IMG/VR virus record: IMGVR_UViG_2902759955_000002
Coordinates: 64,001-128,000 of that record
Direction: 5' to 3' (one strand)
Source: a virus
Taxonomy: Duplodnaviria; Caudoviricetes
DNA: 64,000 nucleotides
Each line of letters begins with the position of its first letter. The stretch's first letter is position 1. Below the pieces are notes generated by a model that made no database searches, was not told where the DNA came from, and was given only the letters and a program-made list of their open reading frames with translations. Position numbers and translations under genes: made by a program. Below, in pieces: positions 7,728-18,600 of this stretch.

Positions 7728-10700
7728 ATCATCCCGATCCGCCGCCGGCGAGAGCAGTGCCGAGGTTGAGAGCAAGGCGGTCACCCCGGACGTCTTCAGG
7801 TCGTAGCGGCGCGAGAGACCGCGCAGCGACGTGAACTGGGGATCCGCACTCGTGTAGGTGTTGATCGCCACATCGGACGAGTCGACCGTCGACTCAGAGA
7901 TGGTGCCCATGTCGTTCTCATGGTAGACACGGGTCTGCTTGGTCATACTGCGCGAGCCACGACCGCCGACACCGGAATAGGTGACCGCTTCCATCTCCTT
8001 CAGGTTCTGGATCGGGTTGATATCCGACACCTGAATCTTTGCCGGATCCTGGGTGACGTTCTTCCACACCTGGAACGGGTTCAGATCGATGGGCACGCGC
8101 GATTTGCCCGGCCGACCGTTGTGCACCCGGATAGAGCGCACGATCTCTGAATAGACCGCACCGGACATCCGCTCGTAGCCCTTGATCCGCATCCAGCGCG
8201 AATCGAGTTCATCGGGATGGGTATCCGTCAGGAGCATCTCGCAGGCTTTGAGCAGCAGGCTCTGATAATCGGTCGGCTCCTTCATGTCGATCAAGAGCTC
8301 CCGCGTGATCGGATCCACGAAGAGCTGGTACTGCAGATCCAGTTCCCGCAGATACCGTTGCGAGGCACCGCCCGACTCCAGCACATTCAGATACACGCCG
8401 CGCTTGTTGAACTCATGCAAGTTGTAGGTCCGGATGCTGCGGTGATACTCATTGAAGCCCGCCAGCACGAGGGACGCGTACATCTTGTCTTTCGGCAGCA
8501 CGAGCGTCTCATCGGCGAACACAAGGCTGTACTCGTTGGGCTGCAGGTTCACCCGCTGACCTGCTGGCACGCGCCGGGGCTCGACACCCAGGAACTTCAT
8601 CAGGCGATCCAGTCCCATCTCGTAGGCCAGCACGATCCCCAGGGGAATTGTCCGACCCAGCACCGATACTTCCGCAAAGTCCACCGGCGACTTGCTCGGA
8701 TCGAGCCCCAGCATCTCTTCGATGGAGGGCAGGTCGAGAGGGCGATGACGCTCACCCTTGTCGTACTGATAGAGCGCCCCCTGACGATCCATGATGAGAA
8801 ACGCATTGGGCTTTCGGAGGGACTTCCCGCAGACCACGATCCCGTCGCGCTCGATCATCGCGAGCGTGTCTTTCCCGTAGAGGGCTTCGCGCTTCGTGTG
8901 GTCGAAACTCCAGTCAAAGCCACCCAGCTGGAAACCCCGAAATGCCATGGCCAGCGTGCTATATAGGCGCGGTGCGGTGAAGAGGTTGTCGAACACCGCG
9001 GCGGTTTGCAGGTGCTGGACAATGGGGTTGCTCTTGTCCAGTCCGATGGCCGTGATGTTGTTCACGAGCCAGGTGCCGGAGTCGTTGACGCGTTTGGTCG
9101 AGCGTGAAACGAACACCTTGCCGTAGTAGCTGGTCAGTGCCACGCGGTCCGGGGCGATCTTGCGAATAGGCAAATCCCCCCGCTGCTTCCGTACCCGGTA
9201 CTTCACGCCATTGCTCGTGAAGGTCCCGTCTTCTGACAACACCGGCAAGCGGAACCGGAACGTCGACGAGGCGCCATCTACCGGCGTCACGCGTGCCGTG
9301 TAGACGTTGTAGGTTCCCATGACGTCATCGACTTCCTGCACGTCGTAGTCCGTCACGCAAAGTCCCGCCTGCTGCAGGTTCAGCACCATGCCCGCAATGT
9401 CTTTCTGCATCACGTGCTTGATGTAGTGCGAGTCAAACACATGCAGCGAGGACTTCAACATCGACTTGTCGGTCACCGTCTTGATGTCCGGAATCTCGGG
9501 AGAGGCCGGAATCGCGATTGCCTCTGCCGGGATTTTCACGAAGTCGGCCAGTGTCGACTTGCCGTCAGGGGCCACAATCTTCTTGTACGCTTCCGAGAGC
9601 GCCTGATACCGACGGTGTTCCCCCGCTGTGAGCATGCCTTGCTCAGCGAGGCGGTCACAGATTTTCATGACCGCACCATCCGGGGTGAGCGTACCCGGTG
9701 ACTCGAGGGGCCGCTGCATCGAGGCATCGTCTTCATCCGCATGGCTGATGTTGGCGATGTACTCGAGCTGGTCGAGATCGTGATCCATCTGCTTCTCGAC
9801 TTCCAGATCCGGCTTGATGTCGATGCCGCGCTCGGCCGGCTCGATGGCCTGATGCTGAATAACGTGCGCCACCTTGGCCGCGGCCTGTCGGTTCTGGTCG
9901 AGTTCCTCGTTGATGTCGGCATCCACCTGCTTCGGTGTGACGCCCAGTCCGTTGGGCACTTCGAATGGCTGCGAAACTTGCTTGACCGCGACGCCCGTCA
10001 GGGGATCGATGACGTCGACGACATTGCTCGGCTCATCTGGCGTCAGATCGCTCGGCGCGGATTCCGAGTCGCTTTGTGCCATCACTTCGGGCGCCGCGGT
10101 GGTGCGCGCCTCCATGAGGGACATCAGCATCTTCAGGAAGTAGCGCTGCAGCCGTTGCGGGGCGAGACCATGTTGATTCGCATCGGGGTCCGCTGCCAGT
10201 TCGGCTTCCGTCGCGACACGCCAGTCGTTGACGGTGCCAAGGTTCATGACAAACCAGCGGCCGCTTTCCTCGAACAGAAGATTGATGCGCGACAGACGCT
10301 TGTCGTCGACGTGCGAGAGCATCGACGTCTTCCGGTTCTCCCCCAGCCACTTCCAGATCTCCAGGATCATCAGTGACTCGTGCGAATTGAACCGCTTGAT
10401 GAGGCGCTGGTTCATGCCGCTGGCCGTCCCCAGATTCAGGTCAGCCAGACAGGGCAGGATCCGGGGCAGCGTAATCGGGATGAACTGATGACGGTTCGAT
10501 GTCTGGGCAATCTCACCCGCCACCGACCACATCGTTTCCGCGATGTTGTGCCACTGGCTGTACGCGGTGTAGAGCGAACGCGGATAACGGAACAGCCCCC
10601 AGAGGAAGGCGTAGTTGAACACGGCGAGCGTATTCTCGTCGCGCGTACCGACATCGAAGTTCAAGAGCTTCTTGTAACGACGATTGCGCTGGAACCACTT

Positions 10701-10973
10701 GGACGACAGCAGCTGCGTGGACGTCGGAATCGGACGGGGGTGACCCAGTTGGGCGCGCTGCTCGAAGACATGCTGCACGACGATGGGCTTGGTGACCCCG
10801 CGGAATTCCAGCTGGTTGGAATCGGGACCCTGATCGAGCGGGCTCGTGCCCATGAAGTGAAACAGACTGCGCTTGGGCAGATGCAGCTGCTCCACCAGCG
10901 GCATCGGGGGCGAGATCAGTTGGGACGTGCGCCGGATGCCGTAGTGCTGGTAAAAATATTCGTACAGAAACAT
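7728..10973 (-). CDS. virion RNA polymerase beta subunit (gp178-like), exon 1
   Basis: 1082 aa with RKQRGDLPIRKI, VALTSYYGK, NPIQNLKE, GGRGSRSM, SESTVDSSDV; ends DRDD at the intron. Confidence 0.9.
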
Positions 10974-10978
10974 TGTCG

Positions 10979-12601
10979 TTAGTCCCCAGTCAGGTTGTGC
11001 AGCACCAGCTCGACTGTGGAGACCGCCACACTCGCCAGTGCCCGGCCGTCGGTGCCTACGTAGGCTCGCCGACTACCGAGGAAGTCATCCAGCTCCGCGA
11101 TCGACTCGTCGGTGTAGGTGACGTTGGCCGAAGCCGTATCGCCGTCGAAGTCCGCCCCCATGCGACCCAGGCGTGCGCTGTGCGGCACGAGCGAGTTGAT
11201 GAAGGCGCCTCCCGTGATGGGAAATTCGTAGGCGGTGTAGTCCTCGCCGATCGGTCGCCAGTCCGGCCCCAACTCTTCACGGGCTTCCGCACGGATCGTG
11301 GTCTTCACGTATGCCTTGCTGGGCACGATCGAACCGATCCCGGTGATGGGATAGCGGGTGATGAACAGGGGTAGACCGGTCAGGTGGCGATATGTCGAGG
11401 CGTACAGCAGCTCGCAGAACGTAAGCGGGGTGACGTACTTCTTGTCAAAGCCATCGGGCAATTCATCGAGCCCACTGAAGAGCCGGAAGCTGTGATCGGG
11501 TCCCTTGTAGATGAGTCCCAGATATTTCCCGTCGATCTCGATCGGCTTGTGGCGCATGTCCTCTTCGCCAAAGGCCGTGATGATCTTCTCGACGCCCTCG
11601 GTCGTCATCCAGCGATCGTAGTAATCCGGCTTGAGCATCGTGGGCTCTTGCATCAAGGTCTTTTTGTTCACGAGCCGCGCGGGAGCAGTCGCGCCAAGAA
11701 AGACTCTTTGCAGGAAGCCATTGCGGATCTGATAGGTCGCCACCGGCCGCGCAGCCTTGAGCATCTGATAGAGCCCAATGACCGTGTTGTTGTAGCCGGG
11801 GTTGCCCTTTGCACCCAGATAGGCGGTGGACGTATCCATCGCCGTGATCACGTTCCGTGTGCCGTCAAATACCCGGCGGCTTGCCCACTTGCCGAGCAGC
11901 AACTTCTTCTTGCCCTCGATCATTGATTCGAGCAGGTCATAGAGCTGGCAGAAGGTGTTCTGCAAACTGAATCGCACCGTGTTGATGATCTCGGGGTTTG
12001 CGCGCAGCACGTTCTCGGTGATCGCATTCGACTTTGCGAGCAGCGTGCGATAGATCGTATTGATCTCGTCTTCACGAATCCGGCCATCCGGACCAATTTC
12101 CAGATCGCGCATGCCGGCTGGCATCACAACGATCTTGGAGGTCATCGCCTTGTCCCGGTACTTCTCGATCAGCTTGATGTTCTGCTCGCGCTGATCGCTC
12201 TTCGTCTGGGCAAAGACGAGGTTCTTCCAGTTCGCAACGAAGAAGGCAAAGCCCGTCTGGCCGTTGATCGCATCACTGCGCTCAAAGTCGCGTAGCTCGG
12301 GGTTCCAGACAGCACGTTCCTGACCCGAAATGATCTCGCCGTAGAGGCGCTTGAGACTCACGAGCGCCCGGTACACCACCGGGTGAAAGATCGGCACCTT
12401 GATGTCGATGTAGGAGAAACGCGACGAGCGTTTCTCGTCTCCCACCTTCCCAAAGATGCTCACGGAGAACAACCCATCGTCGTGAAAGGACTGCGAGTTG
12501 CCGTCGAAGAAGTCCAGCGAACGCACAGGGCGCAATCCGGCTAACCTGGCAGGCGTGAGTTCGAGCAGAGAGATGTTGAAGGGAATCGCCGAGCGAATCA
12601 T
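10979..12601 (-). CDS. virion RNA polymerase beta' subunit (gp180-like)
   Basis: Catalytic ADFDGD; GLFSVSIFG, GTRNVIT, RYP. Confidence 0.92.
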   Translation of the reverse strand: MIRSAIPFNISLLELTPARLAGLRPVRSLDFFDGNSQSFHDDGLFSVSIFGKVGDEKRSSRFSYIDIKVPIFHPVVYRALVSLKRLYGEIISGQERAVWNPELRDFERSDAINGQTGFAFFVANWKNLVFAQTKSDQREQNIKLIEKYRDKAMTSKIVVMPAGMRDLEIGPDGRIREDEINTIYRTLLAKSNAITENVLRANPEIINTVRFSLQNTFCQLYDLLESMIEGKKKLLLGKWASRRVFDGTRNVITAMDTSTAYLGAKGNPGYNNTVIGLYQMLKAARPVATYQIRNGFLQRVFLGATAPARLVNKKTLMQEPTMLKPDYYDRWMTTEGVEKIITAFGEEDMRHKPIEIDGKYLGLIYKGPDHSFRLFSGLDELPDGFDKKYVTPLTFCELLYASTYRHLTGLPLFITRYPITGIGSIVPSKAYVKTTIRAEAREELGPDWRPIGEDYTAYEFPITGGAFINSLVPHSARLGRMGADFDGDTASANVTYTDESIAELDDFLGSRRAYVGTDGRALASVAVSTVELVLHNLTGD

Positions 12602-12679
12602 GGCTTGTCTGCCTAAAAACAAAAATCTATGAGGAGCCGTGATCTGGACACGGCCTGCGCTTTAAATGGAGCCGTCGCA

Positions 12680-15600
12680 ATGGCTAAGAAGAAACGCTTG
12701 AAATCAACAGACGAGTTTGGGTTTGATACCGAACTGGATCTGCCGGACTTCGACTATCAGTCGAAGCCACCCAAGAACGATCGCCATCCGGCCGTCTCGG
12801 CTGCAAAGGACTTCACCAAGGGGACAGTCACGGGCATCTGGGATGCCACGCGCAGCGAGAGCTTTATCAAGAAGACGATCAAGGGGGCGCTTCCATCGGG
12901 CTATGGCAGCGCGATGGAGCTGGCGGACGAGGCGACTGCCTCAATCCGAAGCCTATACAATTCCGGCGCCAACGAGATCAAGCCCGCCCTCAACGAGATG
13001 AAGCGGGCGACGGCGAAACTCCTGCCGTCAGCGAGCAAAATCCTGCCCGCGAAGATGCAGCAGCGGATCAAGGCATGGACCGAGACGGCGAATTCTGGCT
13101 CCACCGGGATCTCCGAAGAAGCCATGCGCCATGCCTCGACGCAAGCCATGCTGGGTGATGTCTTCGCCTACCAGGCGCAGACGGCGGCGCAGGAGCGCGC
13201 TGAGGACAAGGCTGAAGCCGACATCCAGAAAAACATCGACCACAATCGGGCCAATACACAGATCACGCAGCTGAGTGCTATGCGCATCGCACTCCAGCGA
13301 CTGGCTGATTACCAGGACAAGGTCACGGTCAACTTCCAGCGCAAGACGCTCGAGCTGCAGTACCGCCAGTACTTTGTTGCGATGGACGCGCTAAGCGAAG
13401 CCAAGCGGCAGAACGCCCAGACCACGCAACTGCTTCAATCGATCCAGAAGAACACCGGCCTGCCAGACCTGCTCAAGATCAAGGCCCGTGAAGATTGGCC
13501 GATCATCCTGCGCAACAAGTTCATGGGTAATGTGGGGGGCATGGTCCTTAGCCAGCGTTCGCAGTTCATGCGCAACCTGACCGGACACCTGCAGCGCCAG
13601 ATGAAATCCAGTCTGTCGGGCATCGTGGGCGGTGCCCAGATGGCGATGGGTATGGGCGACATGGTCGGTGGCATGGCGGACATGGGGGGTCCGTCCGGTG
13701 CCGAGATGGGGGGCAACATGGTCGGCGGGATGGTCGCTGATGGATTGGCCCCGCGCTTTGGCAAATGGATCGGCAAGCACGTCAAGAACAGCAAGTACGC
13801 GGGCGACGTCAATCGCATCGGGAACCTGTTGCAGTTCTACGCGGGCAATGCACCCCAGCACGCGATGGAGTTCGCCCACTCCGATAAGTGGGATGACGCT
13901 CCGGTCGTTGGTGGCATGTTGCGTTGGCTGAAAGATCAGGCCATTGCGTCGAACGGTGTGCAGACCGGCTTTCACGTCGACAATCTGCGCAACCTGCAGG
14001 ACCCGGCGCCATTTAACGGCTTGGCGCGCAAGTCCCTGACGGAAATCATCCCTGGCTACCTGGCCCGGATCTACCGTGAATTGCAGATCATGCGCACGGG
14101 AGACAGCTCGGTCGAGCTCACGCATTACGACCATGCGAAGAACACCTTCGGCAAGAAGTCGGAGGTCACCGCGCGGGCGCTGCATTCGGTCGTGCGCCCG
14201 GGTGATGCGGCGTTTGTGCAGGAACGTGCCCACGGGCTCGTGGATGAGCTGGAGAAAGGTAGCAAGCGCAAGCTCACAGCTGAGCAGCGCAAGGTGCTCA
14301 TTCGTCGGATGATGTCCGACAACCTGAACAACCGGGTAGGTTCAGCCAAGCGCTATTCCGACATCTGGGAATACCAGGGTGCGGACGCCGAGCACGGTGA
14401 TGCGTTGTCGGGTTTGTTCCGGGATTACTTCTCGGACGATACGGACAACAAGAAGCAGATGGCTTTCCAGGCGCGCTTTGCGCATCTGGGCAGCGGCATG
14501 GCGGATTCACGCGCCCACATGCAGGACATGCTCAATAGCGGGCAGGGGCAGATTCTCGTGAAGGCGGGGCTCATCCGACCAAACGGCACGCTCGATCTGC
14601 AGAAGCTCCAGGACTATTACCTCGGTGAGAGTTTTGCACCGCAGGGCAAAGTCGCCTCCGGCCGTCGCCGCCGGCGCGGGCGAAGCGGTCATCCGTTCGG
14701 CAATTTCGCCAGACCCAATCCAAGTGCGTCAGGTGTTGCGGCCGCCGCAACACCTGCACCCCAGCCCGCTGCGCCTGCAGCCGCTGCTGCATCACCTCAC
14801 GCGAATGCTTCGTCCGCGGAACTGACGCAGATGGCGCAGGACAACGTGATGAAGAAGCATGGTCCTGTCTATGAAAAAGACGTGGGCCGCTGGTTGCGAC
14901 TGGTGGAAGGTGAGTTTCATCGCCTGAACACGGGTGCGGTGGGCGAGGACCTTCATGGTTCCGCTGCACACGACGTCAATCACTTCCTTGGCAACAAGTG
15001 GGGACGCTCGATTGACGGTGGGCCGAATCAGGCACAGGGACGCGGGGACTTTGCAGGTGTGATCGCCGCGATCAAACAAAGCAGCAGTAAAACTATTTCG
15101 GAGAAGATCCATGCAACGCTCGTTGCGATTCAAAAGAAGATTACGTCTGGTGTGGCTGTGTCTGGTCACGCTCCTGCCGGCGACGGCGTACCACCCCCGG
15201 ACGCTAAGAGCGGCAAAGCTCGAAAGGCATGGCTAGATTACAACCTCGGTGACATCTTCGGGGGTGTAACCGGGAAGGTGCGATCGGGCGTCGCGGGGGC
15301 ATGGGACTGGATGAAGAAGCCCTCGCCGCTGATGCAGCGCGCGCGCGGAATGATCGGTAACGGTCTTGGCGCACTGGGCACCGGGGGCAAGAAAGCGCTG
15401 GAGTTCGCGAAGGGCTTTGACGATATCTACGTTGGCAAGAATCCTGAACCCGTCTTGCTCGCGTGGAAGTTGAAAGCGGGCCATTACCGGGACAAGGCGA
15501 CGGGTCAGGTCATCAAGTCCTACAAGGACATCAAGGGCGATGTGGTCGATGCCTGGGATCCTGAGAAGGTCATCCTGAAGGCAGACGAGATTGGCGATGC

Positions 15601-18600
15601 CTTCACCAAGAGCAAGGCGGGTCTGCGCTCGCTGAAGGCGTTGGGTTCTGTCTGGAGGGGCGCGAAGGGACTGCTCGATGCGGCCACGGGCGGGATCACC
15701 TCCCTCGTGCCTCGCATCATCCGTACGGGTGCTCGTGCCATCCGCGCTGGCATGAACATCATGGATGCCCCGCAGGACATCTACGTGAAGGGCAATCCGG
15801 ATCCGGTGCTCCTCGCGATCATGATGCGCTCGGGTGCCTACGTCTCCCAGCGGACCGGCCACAAGATCACCCGGCCGGGTCTCATTGATGGTCCGGTGAT
15901 GGATGTCAGCGATCCCGGCAAGCCTGTTGTCGCACTCTCGAAAGAGATGATCGGCAAGGGACTGGTCGACGTCAACGGCAAGCCCATCCGTTCCCCGTTG
16001 ATGAAGCTCCTCAGTGCGGCCACCGTTCCGATCGGGATGGCGTGGAAGGCATTGAAGGGCGGGCTCAACATCGCGAAGGGGGCGATCTCCAAGCCATTCG
16101 AACTCATCGGTAACTGGGTATCGAAGTGGATCGGAAAGGACGGGCTGGTCTTTGCAGGTTCGAAGACCATGACCGAGCGCCTGACCGAGATCCGTGACCT
16201 GTTGAAATCCCGTCTGCCTGAGCGCAAGCAACGGTTGAAAGGCGACGAGACAGGTGATGGCTTTGTCACCAACTCCTGGGAGGAAATGCAGCACAAGGGA
16301 GAGATCGGTGGTACGGAGCCGAAGGCGGCTGCTGCTGCGAAGAAAGGCGGCGGAATTGCTGCACTCCTCGCGAAGCTGAAAGGCGGAGGGACGGACAAGA
16401 CGAAGGGGAGCGGCAATCTGCTCACCCGCGGCATGGATGCAGCAGAAGGTGCAGTGGGAAGTTTCCTCGGCACCAAGGTCGGTAAAGCGGGTCGCGCTGC
16501 GTGGGGTGGCTTGAAGCGCTTCGGCGGTCGTCTGCTGGGCCGCGGTGCATCGGCCGTTGGTGAAACCGGCATTGAGGCCGCGGCTGGGGAGGCCGCAGGG
16601 GCGGGCGCCACGCTCGCAGAAGGCGCAGGGGCTGTAGCGGGTATCGGGGAAGCCGCCGCTGTCGGCGGGGGTGTCCTCGCGGCAGGTGCCGGTGGCCTTG
16701 CTGCCCTGATTGCTTCGCCCGTTGTGCTGGGTGCGGCAGCCGTCGGTCTCGTCGGGTACGGGCTCTACCGGAGCGTGAAGGGAATCAAGAACTTCTTCGC
16801 AGGCAAACCGGGTCCGCTCGCAACAGTGCGGATGGCGCAGTACGGTTTCCTGCCGGATGACAATGATTCGCTCGACGTGTTGGTGGATCTGGAAAAGACC
16901 CTGCTGCCTGCGGTGACCTACGGCAAGGATGGTGCGCAGATCAACGCGCAGAAGGTCAAGCTGGCTGATGTGCTCAAGGGCTTCGATATCGACCAGTCAT
17001 CGAAGACCGAAGTGCAGAACTGGCTCACCTGGTTCCAGGGTCGCTTCAAGCCCGTGTTCCTCACGCACATGACGGCTTTGCATGGCGTCAATTCGGGTGT
17101 GGCGCTCACCGATGTCGACAAGAAACTGACGAAGGAGGAAAAGCAGAAATACCTGAAGGCAGCGAGTTGGCCGAACGGTCCGTATAACAACCGGACCTCG
17201 CCGTTCCATAACTCCCTCCTGCTCCTCCACAGCGCGAAAACGCTGAAGGCAACGGGTGCCGATGTCAGGCAGTTTGTGGCAGAAGCGGAAGCCATCATCG
17301 CGAAGGAGCCGGACACGGCGAAGAAGACGGGTCAAACCGGAAGCGATGTGGCGAAGAAGGCGGCGGCGGCCGGTGCTGCTGGTGCGGCAGTAGGCGCGGC
17401 AGTAGGCGCGGCAGCAGACGGCAAGCCCGGTGGGAAGGGTGCAGCCAAGCCGGGTGAGAAGTCCTCGGGCTTCTGGGCCATGCTGGGTATCGGTACGGCT
17501 AACGCAGCGGAACCGAAGACCTCTGCGCAGAATGTCCTCGGCAAGAAGCCGACGGCCACGATGCCGATCGATCCGAGTCTGAAGAAAGAGCCTGACCGGC
17601 TTGATCTGCTGGCCTCGATCCGATATCGCACCTACGGTCTGACATCGCTGGACGCGGACAAGGTCGCGGCCCTTAAAGCGCTGGAAGTGGAAACGCTCAA
17701 GGCGCTGAAGATTGAGAAGGGCGCACCGTCACACGTCGCCTTCCTCAGTGACTCCGCCACGATCCTGGCGAAGATGGGCAGCAAGTTCGGCGTGATTGGC
17801 GTGAACAACACGTTGGGGTATCAGTGGCAGGCGTGGTTCAACCTGCGCTTCCTGCCGACGTATATGAACTACGTCGGTGCGAGCAACACGCTCACGGGCC
17901 ATAACGACGCAGTGAGTATGTTGCTGACGCCTGAGACCGCTGTCCAGTTGGGTCGCATCGTTGCAGGGACAAAGAGTCCGAATGGGAAATCGGCGTGGGA
18001 GATCACCGCCTCGCCGTGGAACCACTACGACCTGAGTACGGATGCCACGAGTGTGAAGCCTGCACTCGATGCGCTCGCTGCCAAGGGCAAGAAGAAGGTA
18101 CTGGCTGATCCGGCCGGACCTGCGAAACCCAAGGATAGCGCGACCCCGTCGAAGACGGATCAACCGAGCTTCCTGTCGAAGGCGGGCAAGGTGATCTCGG
18201 ATGCGGCGGGCGCTGTGGGCAACGCCGTCAAGAAGGCGGCGACCTGGGCGGGTAACGAGGTCAAGACGGGCGTGAATTACGTCCAGAACACGCAGACCTA
18301 CAAGGCGGCCAGTAAAGCCGTCAAGCAGGGCGTCCAAGCCGTTCAGAAGACGCAGGCGTACAAGACAGCTGCCAAGGCCGTCAAGACCGGTGTGGCGGCT
18401 GCTAAGAGCGCGGGCAAGTGGGTGGAGAAAACCTACTCGGCCAGCGCTCAGGCAGTGAAGAACGCGCTCCTCAAGGCGATGGCGGCGGCCGGCATCAAGA
18501 CCCCGCAGGAGCAGGCGATGCTCATGGCGCAGATGGATCACGAAAGTGGCGGCTTCAAGTCACTGACTGAAAATCTGCACTACAGCGCCGCCAACCTGGT

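Noticed and set aside
7477-7728. 83-aa + strand ORF ending RVNFVSIQKR as a real gene
   Set aside because: Antisense to the HNH gene with no evident RBS; only the terminal DNA motif appears meaningful
12629-12679. Upstream ATG for the gp181-like gene
   Set aside because: No RBS; the TATG is more likely a late promoter, and a GGAG RBS precedes ATG 12680
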